DNA of 63,987 nucleotides, filler included, from Pelomyxa schiedti (taxonomy: Eukaryota; Protista; Evosea), in assembly GCA_020536535.1 (NCBI GenBank). It is 12 parts of 12 records of this genome, joined end to end, with 100 filler letters (N's around TTAATTAATTAA, not from the genome) between each part and the next. Parts side by side here need not be neighbours in the genome. Positions count along the whole stretch, not along the records: positions 1 to 10,113 come from JAHLWZ010001277.1; positions 10,214 to 13,208 come from JAHLWZ010001839.1; 10 more parts are not named here. The stretch is one strand, 5' to 3'. Shown in pieces: positions 1-10,877 of this stretch. The translations under genes were made by a program, and so were the position numbers. Below the pieces are notes generated by a model. It did no database searches, was not told the origin of the DNA, and saw only the letters and a list, made by a program, of their open reading frames with translations. The number at the start of each line of letters is the position of its first letter. Within the stretch, counting starts at the first letter, position 1.

Positions 1-936
1 CCGTTTTAGAATCAAAAAGGAAAAAAAAATTCGGTTCGTTAGAAGTGTAGGGGGGAGGCTGTCGAATTTTTTCTAAGCTAAAACCTCGCGGTCTGGTATT
101 GAAAAAATTTAGCCAAATAAAAAAAATCGCCGCCTCGATGTTGTGTTGTTGTGTGGCTGCTGGCATTGGGGGAAAGACGTGTGGGGTGTATTTTGTACAG
201 GGGGTAGGTACCTCACACGGGCAGTTGCATCAGCGACCGCCATTACGGTACGCCGTAACCCCTGCGCGCGCGCATGTGCAGGTGGCCCAACTGCCGCACG
301 AGAAACAACCCTGCAATGCAGTGGGTGTAGTCTATTCGTTGACCGAGCAGTTACGTGCAGCCGGGATCGACCCCGCAAGACGACGTCCAGTACGAGGGCA
401 AGAGCGAGACAACCAGTGGTGACGTGGAAATTCATGCAACTGCAAAATCACGATGAGTTGTGTGGCAGGATGATACTGAGCCCCGCTTTATTTTCATACA
501 GATGGCCACTCAATGCACTGTGCTCTGGGACTCACAGAGCCACTGGCGTTGCCCTCGTTACTGGTACTTTTTTTTTTTTTTTTTTTTTTTTGAGCTTTTT
601 GTCTTCCCTATATATATGTTGCATCCCTGGTTTGTGCGTAAGTTGGTTTTGTTCTATCTGTGATTAACTCGCTAATCCTGGTTACAATGACCAAATAGTT
701 TTGGTGGCATTATGTTAGGCGGACTTTCTTCACATTTTCATCCTGCCATGAGACAATATTTAAAAAGGTATGGCGGGCTACGTAATCCAATGGTGCGTGG
801 GTTTTCCGATGTTATATCATATGCTTGCCGGCCTGCGCCACATGGCCACCCTACTGGAAAGTATCTAAATAACAAGTGAAACAACCCGGCACACCATGCA
901 CTCTCACTATCAATTCGCGGACGCGCAGTGCTTCGT

Positions 937-2100
937 TCACTTGAAACTTCCGCTAAAGGGGGCAAAAAACAAGAAGAAACAAAAAAAACAGTAGCCCAAC
1001 AGCAGGGCCAAGTTTTGGGGCAGGGTTGACACGTTGTGTAAACCTACCAGATTCCTAGCCGCGGATTTTGCGGAATTGTGGTGGCATGTATTCTGGGGAA
1101 TTGCAGCCGTGCCGGGCATGTTGAGGCAATGTGGAGGATGTGGGACATGCAGTTGTTCAGGGGGCTTCATGCTGGTTGCAATTTGGAGAGCATGGTTCCG
1201 CAGGGTTGGAGGGACTCCCTTGGTGTTGAGATTCTTGACCAGGTTGATCCAGTGAGCCGGTGTTGGTTTCTCTATCATTGTGGTCCGAAGCTTGTGGTGC
1301 AGGGATTTTCCTGGGCGTGCATCCAGGATTGCCCTGTAAATGTCAGTGGGGTTCCTGAGGGTAGGTGGAATCTTATCATCGAACGCGAGGTAGGTAAGAC
1401 CTTCTTTGGGTCCGTGCGGTTTGGATGCCTGAAGGCCGACAAGGCGGTGGCTACATTCCACCATGCCATGTCCAGCAGGGGTGGCACAGCCCCCATCTGC
1501 TGTGAGCGTTGTCAAATGCTCTTGCGAGGTGCAGTGGGATGGGGTGATCAGCCTGTAGATCTTTCCAATTCTGGGTTCCACACAGTCTTGAGTGGATAGA
1601 TGTCAAAGCGGAATTGGTAGGTGAGGATTGAGTTGGCCATAGAGGTTGGTTGCTAGGATTTTCATTTGCAAACCAATGACTCTGGGAATGATCTCCTGGG
1701 CTCTCCCTTGCACAACACCGAAATAACACCATCGAAAGACGGAGTCGAGAAGAACTTGTTGCTAAAACGGGCAAAAACCAGGGTGTAAAAGTGATCACAG
1801 GACTGTGCGGGATATTACTGCCACAAGGTCCAATCCAATGATGAGGAGAGATACACCTTGCGTTCTTCCCGAAAGGTTGGATTGCCCTCCTCGCCGTCAT
1901 AATCCCATGGATGTTTGGCCAGCGTAGAGTGAAGGGGTAATAAACAACTCTTGGAGGAGGATATCGCAGGCGACTCGTCGTCGGGTTTCTCCCACAGCAG
2001 AGAGTTCGCCTTTACTGTTGTGGCTCTTATCCCTCCTCTTTCTCGCCACAAGTTCAACAGCAACAACAGAGGTGCAGTGTGGTGCCAAGTCAGTGATTGA
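937..2100 (-). mobile_element. Degenerate 3' fragment of a non-LTR (L1/Tx1-like) retrotransposon ORF2, post-RT region
   Basis: Frameshifted peptides KILATNLY / NSILTYQFRFDIYPLKTVWNP / RIGKIYRLITPSHCTSQEHLTTLTADGGCATP align with the post-RT region of the element at 16.7-17.1 kb (KIVATNIYIHSILQYQCRFEIFSPSQVWHPYMTKIFHLVTPSNCTSLEHLMALKKQGGLAT). Both also share SAARNLVGL / SAAKTIVGL. Boundaries are approximate. Confidence 0.75.
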
Positions 2101-2434
2101 GATCAGACAGATATCAAATTCACATTCTTGAGCAATCAAACTCAGCCCTGCCTTGTGCTGCTGCTACTGCCACCAAACACGCAAGCAACCGCACCGTGCC
2201 ACTGTCCTCAAGTACTAAGCAATATCAATCATCATTGCATGTACAAAGTCATCCAGTTTGTTCAAGACTGATTATGCTTCCTTGACATGTCATCACCCTC
2301 ACAGACGGCTCTTCAGTACAAAAAGGAAGGGAAATTTTTTAAAGAGAACGGAAATCTTTTTCGTTGGTGCGGGGGAGACAAAAGACCGAGAAGGAGGTGG
2401 TTTCAACCTTTTTTTTTTTATTTTCACAGTGCAG

Positions 2435-5400
2435 CTAGACAAAAATGTGTGCCACAGTTTGGTACTCAGTGTCACTGGGCTTCAAGAGGATAACAAAGGT
2501 GGAACTCTTCTGTAGAGAGGGCTCTCCATAGTGTGCAAATGCAGTGACTTTTACTGGTACCCGGCCATCAGCGGGACAGTAGGATGATAGAGGTGATAGC
2601 AACTTGACACGAATGTCATACCTCCCCGTTATTGCACGCTTGAGCATATACTGAACTGGTCCTGGATTGGTGTTAGAATTCCAGTCTTTTTTGTTTTAGC
2701 ACTCTGTACCATTCCCAGGGAAGTCACGGGACATAAGTCCCCCAATCTTTGTATGATTATGGAAAGGGTGGCAATTTTCGCCGGTTGGTTCACTATGTGT
2801 TTGTGAGTGATTGCCATGCCACAACCATTCATAACACAATTTTACCTCACGCACAACGAGACATCACAAGGATCATGAGCCCACTGGATTCGAACGAGTA
2901 TATCAAGAGGTAATGGCGCATTCCGAGAAACACCATCTACGCAAAGGTTTGCAGACATGTCTGGAGTAGTACCAACGCGTTGGCACTCAAACCGTTGCAT
3001 ACAGTGGAGATCCTATTTAAGGTGGGTTAGTATTCTGCCTCTTTTAGATGCGTATTGGCCATTACCATTAACGCAGGAAGTTCCACTTGCGTAAAGCGCG
3101 GGTCCCAAATTCGAGTTAATATGATGTCGGCAATTCTGGTACACTCGTCAAACTGTTGTGGTGTTGTACTGTATGTGGCCCGAAGCAAGTCAAAATAGCT
3201 TTGTGGTTCTTCGCCTCTCTCTTTGGAGATAATTTTGTATAACGCTTGAGCAATTTGCCAGCATTCATGTTCCTCCAAGATGTAGGCAACTGTATTGGAG
3301 ATATGACGGAATTATTTTTGGGAATTTTTTTCATTCTTTGCTTTAGAGGTACCTGCTCTTTGAAGTTGGTGGTCATCACGTGAAATGTCAAGAATCGAAG
3401 TAAGAATTCTTACGGCACTATCCTTGGCACCCACAGATAACAATTTTCTTCCACAAGCAAGGTAGAAGAGTGTTGAGGAATGAGGGGAATCTTTGTGTTT
3501 GGTAAACCATTCATATCTACTAGATATCGGTAACAAACAAGATGAGAAGGGGTACAAACGACAAGGTACTAGGAACATTAAATTCTAGGTAGACTTCTTC
3601 CCAAGACGCAGTGAAATCTTCAGCATTACTAATGGTGAATTCATTGCCTGTTCAAAGTCATCCCCAAAAGAGTTTATACAGGGACTTACATGAGTCTGCA
3701 AACTGAACTTCGGATTCAGGAACGTCATCATTGTGCACATAACTGTCAACAGCAACAGTGTTCGTGAGTGGCAAAAGGGATGTGCCAGTCGCAAAGAAAG
3801 AAAGAGATGTGCTGGGAACAAGAGGGGGTTGCGCAAATGAAATAACAGGAATTTCTGTTGATGTTTCTGTTTCTTTAGCTGGGCTGCGATACGCATGGGG
3901 AACGTAGATAATTGAAGGTGCGTAATTATCCACGGGAACAGAAGTGCCAGGACTAAGGTGGTTAAGAGGTTTTTCCCGAGTAAAAAAAAACGCACCCAGA
4001 AAAAAGCACACTCAGTGCTTGTAACGTTTTCACAAGAACGAAGAGAAACAATTGTGAAAGAGGTGTTACAAGATGAACTGGTAGGAAAATAAGAACCCCA
4101 AAAAAGAAGTATAGGCTCCGAAATAAGGTCTTCAGAAAATGCCCATTAGGGGGTAGTCTCTTCAGAAAGGTTGAGGAAACTATGAAATAGTGGATAGAAA
4201 GAAACTTGCGTATTAGAACTGGGTGCAACCGAAGGAGGATATTGAGACATGAGAGCAGAGAGGTCACATTGAATACTTTGAGTTAAGCGAGTGAATGACG
4301 ATTTGCCGACACCGCTGGAACCAAGAGATACCACTGGTAATTGATTAGAATAGGTGATGCTTCCTCCAGAAGGGATCAACCTTTAATAAGTGCACTACGT
4401 TTTATGAGATACGTTTGAGTAAACAAGTCACTAATGGCACTCACAACATTGCTCAGATTTTTGCAGGAGATCTCGAAAAATTTCAAACCATTTTTAGCTG
4501 CAAACTCAGAAGCCACATTATAAGACACCTTCAAGTCGAGATGAGGAGAATGTAAACTGGCAGTTGCATACTTGTCTCTTATCCTCAATATCAAGTTTAT
4601 TGCCTAATAAAACAACATAATATGGAGGAGTGCAATTCTGTTTTATTTGGTCCAGTGTGTTGCATGCATCATTGAATGATTCTATATCAGTAATATCATA
4701 CATGAGTGCAACTCCAGCCAAAGAGCGGTAATATCTAAGTCCCATTAAGAATTCAAGAAACGTTTTAAAATAGAAGTTACGCCGTAGTTATTGTTCTAAA
4801 GCGCTCATTACCTGAAGGAATATAAGAGGATCTCAAAAAGTAAAATTTGGTACCTGCTGTGTCCCAGATTTGGAATTTAGCATCTCCTGACTTTACAATA
4901 GAAAAGTCAACCCCAATTGTACACAGATGACTCTCTGAAAACTGATATCCATCCTACATAGGAATGAAGTAAGATACCCGTAGGAGTTCCTTCATATGTA
5001 TTAACCTCTATAGTTATTTCAGCCCGTGGGGGTGCTGTTGTGGAGGCTGGGGGTGCTGCTGCTTGTTCAGGTAGAGTCATGACACCAGCATAGCACTTCT
5101 TCCTTGCGCCTAGCCCACGGATACGTAGCATATCCTGTCCAGGTCTAATTTCTTTTAAAATACTAAAGGCTTCCCCGATTTTCTGTTATGCATTAGAATT
5201 TCTCTGGTAAAAAATGGCAAACAGAAAAAGCAGAGCCAAGCATCCCACCAGTCCTAAGTCTGGCTGCCTGCTTATAAAACGCTTGTGATTGCAGGGAAAG
5301 GTCTTCAGACTTTTCGACTAAATCCTCAAGACTTAGCCCACGCTGCAGAACATGATCAACTAAACAAATCTTCATTCAAAATTTTGGAATCTTCAAGCTA

Positions 5401-8400
5401 CATACTGTTTTTGTTCATTACCCCTTCTATGGCATCTGCAGTTTGATCTTCTGCAGCCCAGTTTCTTGCAACTTTAGCACGTGAACTAGCTCTCATTGCA
5501 CTTTGGGGTGGTAGTGGGAGTGCAGCCCTTTGGGGTGGTAGTGGGAGTGGTTGTGCAGTACTTTGGAGTGGTTGTGCAAAGGAAGGCGGAGCTTCAGCGC
5601 ACGCAACTTGTTGAATATCTTCGAATAGACCCGAACCCTCCTCCTTAGCCAGTAGAGTTGGTGCAGAAAGAGGCATCTGTTGAGGTATAGACCATCCAGA
5701 TATCTCTGAATCCCAGTCTTCATCATGTTCCTCTTCTAAGTTTTCTTCTTGTTTCTCCTCCTTAAGACTTAAATCTTCACCCCAATCTCCTCCGCCAATG
5801 TCTGATTCATATTCTACAGTTTCTGGCACAACCTCGCCAGTGGCTTGAGGTTTTCCCAAATTTTCACTTGGAGTGTCTTCAAAAGCTGTGGCTGATGTAA
5901 CCGTAGGAGGCGGCGGAGAGGCAGTCAACACGGGAGGTGGAGATGATGCCCTCTTTGAGCTTTTGCAGAACGCATATAGATTTTTCTTTTTAGACACACT
6001 TTTTCGCTCCTGCTGACGTTCTATTAGAGTATGTTCAAATGGAAGTGTCACCTGAGTCTTTTCTGTATGAGGAGGTTTGGTATCAGGCATGGACTTCGCC
6101 TCAGGGATTTCACTTGGTTTGGGCGTGGTCTCACCACCAAGCTCAGAAGGTGGTAATTGGGGCGCAATGTAAAGTGAATGTGGCTCATTCTCTAATTCCA
6201 TAGACAGTGCGGAAATATCATGAACCAATTCACTCCTTTGAGTGGACTGTACTTGTAAGGTGAAGTCGTCACTCCACTCAGAAGTAAAACAAGATGCCGG
6301 CACTTCCAATTTTCTTTCTTTTTGTTCTGCGTGCAATTCCTGTGTATTATTGCAAAGCCAACCTACTGCTACTTGAGGTGAGCCAAAGCGTTATGAAAAG
6401 GAACTAACACCTCCTGGGGAGGGAAACTGGACCAATTCATAATTTTCAGGCTCCTCGAAATGTTTTCCTCTACTCATGAAGTGCCATACATGAGGTTGAT
6501 TTGTTTTCCCATCGTAGGTATTATTGAACCACTCCATTTTGCTTAGCCATAAATCTTGGACATCAGTTTTTTTCTTGGAAAGTTTGTTGCCTTCTTTTTG
6601 TCTGGATTGTTCTGTACCCCACCCCGCCCCAGCCCAAAGGAAGTCAACCTCCTATTACAGATTTTGTTTTACAAACCCCTATTTATTTCAAATAGCCTGT
6701 GTATTTCAGGGAGACTCTCTTCATCAGGTTCAATGTCATATTTCAGGTATTGTTCAAGAGAGTCAAGTACGATTAAACTAATTCCTGTTGTTAAATGTGC
6801 CAAATGTGTTAGAACTACCTAGTATTTTCAGTTACAATAGCATATTCCTGTCCCAATTTGAGAATTGCTCTGCTGGTTTCAGAGGAAATGTCCAATTCAA
6901 GGTCTTCAATCTTTCTTTGTGCCCAGTGTCTTGCTAACTACATGTATTTTACAAAAATCGAATTGATTGAAGTTTTACTAATTTGGAACCGTGAACGCAA
7001 TAGTGCATATCTAGATCTACTTGAATAGTTTTTGAGGTAGCATTGGTACTGCAGAATTAATAGTGCATCAGTTTTGACAGAAGGCTTACCCATAGTACAA
7101 TAAAATTGTGAATATTGAATCAACTGTCCAAGTTGAAATTTTCCCACAAAGGATTGACATGTTTGTAGTTGGTGCCTTTGGATATACTTCCTCTAGCTGC
7201 AAAAAATTAGCTGGAGTGGATAAAGTACCATAAACCTGATTAGGATGTGACACTTGAAGAAGTTTGAAGACTGGTTTACACATTTTCAGTGCAGCAGATC
7301 GCGCATTTTCAGAGAGTAGGTTGAAGTACATTCCACTCGATCGGTGTGACCACGATCTTGTCGATGCAAGTTGGGATTTGGAAGCAAGAAAAAGGGAATG
7401 AAACTTCATAAGCAGATTACATGTCTCGACAGAAGAGGAAACTGAAAAAATGGGAACTGGAAACTCTCGGATATCATTGTCAGCCAATCTTACAGTGGAA
7501 AACCTGGAAATAATTAGAAGAAGGGAGGAACAGGAAAGCTACCCATCACTGAAAAGAATATGAAAGGAATATGACTTGCCCGAAACTGGAGATACTTTGG
7601 ATGTGAGGGGGAGAGAACTTAAGTCAGTTCCACCATCGTAGGTTAACTTTTTAAAGTTAGGTATCATTTGAAGAATGCAAAGAAAGAACTTTCTCAAGGT
7701 TTCTAAAAAGATCCTGTGAAAGAGGATATTGCACAGGGGGCTCACATATTTCATGGAAACAATACAACTACAGAAAAATTAAAAACACCAAGTAAGTTGG
7801 AAAACGTACATCAATTGTAGAATTGGGCAAAATGGAGGAAAGGAAGTTGATAAGCTGATACTCCAGAGATAAATTCTGCCTATGCCTGCTTCTGGAGCAA
7901 TCCTGATACTCCATTATGAAAAACATAAAAAAGCTAATGATCACACACCCAGAAAATACCTATGTGGATAGGGTCAAGTACACAGTCACCTGAATTACTG
8001 CTGGCTTCGATATGGGGTATTTTTATACAAAAAAAAGTCTCAGGCTTGGTTGGACTTCCCTGAACAAGACACATTTAACATTAAAAATAGTAAACTTGAC
8101 GGACTTGCTCCAGAAGAATCAATGGAACATCAATGGGCGTTGTTGGCACATGAATCACAAAAGTAGATAACTTAAGCTTTGCAAAGGGGAGGGAGGTGTG
8201 TTCCAAATTGAGAATATACTGAGTTTTCAGTTCTGGTGATTTCCTGAAAGCAGTGCCTTCCAGAAAACTAGTAAACCACCTGCCAGTACTCTTAATCCAG
8301 GGGTTCTGGTTCACCCCGAAGGGCTGATTTATCTAGTGTTTTGTTTGTTATTGTTCAATAGGTTTTGGTAATTATATACCTCCAGGTGAAGTTGGAAGAG

Positions 8401-9183
8401 GTCCAAGACAGTATTGTGATCAACAAAGTTGAACTCGTGCAAGTAAAGGAGAACTGAACCTTCATCAGGAAAAAGATGATAAAAATGAGAAGGAACAACC
8501 AGGATCCAGTGAAGATGAGTGCAGCTCATTTGTGTACTCAATCCATACGGTTCTGTACTTGTCTGGTGCGAAAGGGAAGACTCGAACCTTGAAGACATTC
8601 CCTGCTACATGCTCACAAATTGATGGTGCCCCTTTTCGTTCTCTCACCTTGAGAGGTGCAAATTTAGAGAAGAAATTAACAAAGTGAGCCAAACCCCAGT
8701 TTCAAAGGCTACACGAGCCACTTCCTTTGGGCAAACACAAGCCCTGACCATTTTGCCATCAATATCTACAGCATAACCACACACTGTGGAGCCTATATAA
8801 AAAGGGTTAGAAACTATTGTAGCACCATGAATAAAAATATAAAAAGATGAAAAACAGTAAGAACCTTCCGGCACTGGGAAAACGAGGTTCCCTGCAACTT
8901 CTTCAGAACTTGGATTTCTGAATCTCATTGAAACCTGAGTACCTAAAACACAATAATTAGAAAATTGGCATGCCTAACGCATCCCCATTGGGGGGCTTGA
9001 GTTGTAAGGTGCGTTCACCGAACAGTCATTTCCAACCCATAAGTCACACTCACAAGACAAAAAGCCAGTGACAGTGACCGACACAGACAGGGCGACCAAC
9101 GGCATGTGTGACAGCGGCGACGAGGGAGGCACGCCCTCCCTCGTCATCTCAACGCCACCGCTGCCATCCCCCTCACTAGTCAT
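2435..9183 (-). CDS. Multi-exon VIT-vWA-(acidic/Pro linker)-R-SNARE coil-circularly permuted Rab-like GTPase-TPR-DUF2135-like protein
   Basis: VIT: FRNPSSEEVAGNLVFPVPEG..VCGYAVDIDGKMV..KEVARVAFE and GNVFKVRVFPFAPDKYRTVWIEY. vWA: MIDAS-like DCSRS (~7888-7902) and YDGGTDL, followed by WAQRKIEDLEL. R-SNARE: VMNKNIDHVLQRGLSLEDLVEKSEDLSLQSQAFYKQA. Rab motifs TIGVDF, WDTAG, GNKLD and EISCK come before VVSLGSSGVGKSS. TPR region: FYLACG..AVRILTSILDISRDDHQLQR, GEEPQSYFDL, WDPRFTQVELPALM. DUF2135-like end: LPLDILVRIQW..EPTGENCHPFHNHTKIGGLMSRDF..GPVQYMLKRA. One splice junction near 4080-4200 is ambiguous. Confidence 0.8.
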
Positions 9184-9853
9184 TTCTTGTAACGGAATAG
9201 AATTAACCGTTTACTGAGATCCTAAAAGAACCCCACCCCCACTATCAAGGAACAGCACAACACGCACGCAGCACAAGTTCGATAGCAACGGAACCATAAG
9301 CAACAGTGGGCATTGACAAACTGTGGTGATTGCAGGATATCAACCACCATCCAACCTTCTTACCAGAGAAAGGGGAAAAGGAGTGTGTTGTTCTACAGTG
9401 GAGGGATACTCCAGTGAAAAAAAAACACAAAAAAAGATGACAGAATGAAACAGGAACCACAGAGCCCTAATACCCACCCGACTTACCAGATCCGAGAGTG
9501 GCCACTAGCTCTACCAACAAACAAAACCCAGTTCCCAGTCCTTTTATACCCGGAGATTTCCGCCAATCCGGACTTATGGGTCGTTTTGTTTCCGATCGTT
9601 AACGAAGGTTGATCAGAGGTTGCTGGGTCGCCCACCATGATGCTGGGAGCAAACACCAAAGAAATACTTGCGCAAGGCACAATTGTTTGATATGTTGTTC
9701 CTTTCTTTTTTGACCCTATAAAAAGTGATCACATAGAGCTGCGAGTCGGGTGGCGAGGAATGTGGATTGGGTGCTGAATCACGTGGTGTAATGGTGGGTG
9801 CTGGACACGTTTTTTGTTGTGTGATGCCAGTGGGTGGTGATTTTTTTCCCTAC

Positions 9854-9923
9854 AAAAAGTGCATCATCACTGCCCAAAATCACCACCCGGGCGGTGATTT
9901 TGGGCGGTGATGATGCACTTTTT
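9854..9923. repeat. Near-perfect ~70-bp palindrome within a cluster of ATCACC(A/G)CCC motifs (9830-9995)
   Basis: The left arm aaaaagtgcatcatcactgcccaaaatcacc and the reverse complement of the right arm, aaaaagtgcatcatcaccgcccaaaatcacc, differ at one position. Confidence 0.9.
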
Positions 9924-10113
9924 GCAGTCAAATCGGATCACCGCCCCGGGTGGTGGTTGAGCACATAAGCCAGTCAGTAAAATCACCACCCAGGGTTAAC
10001 CACAAGAAAAAAACTTTTTTTTATGTTGCTCTTAATCTAACTCGATATTTAACAGTGCTGACAGGCCAGTTAAAGCCACTATTTGTCGCAATAAGCACTC
10101 CCAAGTGTTGTGT

Positions 10114-10213
10114 NNNNNNNNNNNNNNNNNNNNNNNNNNNNNNNNNNNNNNNNNNNNTTAATTAATTAANNNNNNNNNNNNNNNNNNNNNNNNNNNNNNN
10201 NNNNNNNNNNNNN
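10114..10213. other. Artificial contig linker (N44-TTAATTAATTAA-N44, stops in all six frames)
   Basis: The same linker occurs at 13209, 15233, 19497, 51335, 52772, 54176, 55292, 59437, 60810 and 62019. Plain 100-N scaffold gaps occur at 34234, 56645 and 57474. Confidence 0.98.
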
Positions 10214-10570
10214 CCCCGCCTCCCCGGCGCACTGCAGCGCGAAGTACCGCGACGTCTGGAGTGCCCCGCAGCTGCGGAGGTTCTGGGCGTCGACCTCCAC
10301 GCCGCCCGTGAGGAACCTGCAGGCCCGGGGCACCACGGGGAACAGCGCCTCCGCCAGGCGCGCGACGGTGCGCCACTGGTCGGGGGCGAGCGGCTCGCCG
10401 AGGTTATGGGACGGGCGCACGACGGCGGGCTCGACGACGTGCTCCCACACGACGCGCGACACCGTCATGGTCCACGAGACGATGGCGGCCCTACGTCGTT
10501 GTAGCTCGTTATCAGTTGTGGTGGTGTTTGTTGTTGTTTTCAGACGGGCTGGTTGCATTCTGCCGTCCAT
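10214..10570 (-). CDS. N-terminal part of a hypothetical protein, truncated by the contig end
   Basis: GC-rich, high-GC3 ORF (VSRVVWEHVVEPAVV...LAEALFPVVPRACRFL) running into the linker. Confidence 0.55.
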
Positions 10571-10877
10571 AGACGCCCTCGGAAATGATCAAAATTATTT
10601 AGAAACGAAGGAGGATTTAGATTAACAGATTGACCTTGGAAATCATTTCTTCTTGGAAGTGATTGATCATTGCTGTGTGCTGTGGCCAAAAATCACACAT
10701 TCAAAAAAAATATGCCTTGTATGCACTGACAACAAAACGTTACCTTGAATGCAAACTACCAAAGAGCACCAAAAAAACAGTGAATTGCTTGAAGCCCATC
10801 AAAGAACGTGTTTCGATAAAATAAATTGGTAACTCACATGATGTTGATTATGGGTGCACCACCAAGAGTAATTCCAA

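Noticed and set aside
99-930. CG-rich ORFs at the start of the window
   Set aside because: They overlap in several frames, show no recognisable motif and cannot be assigned.
10158-10169. TTAATTAATTAA repeated 11 times, each flanked by Ns
   Set aside because: It is an artificial six-frame-stop linker used to concatenate contigs, not a biological repeat or CRISPR array.
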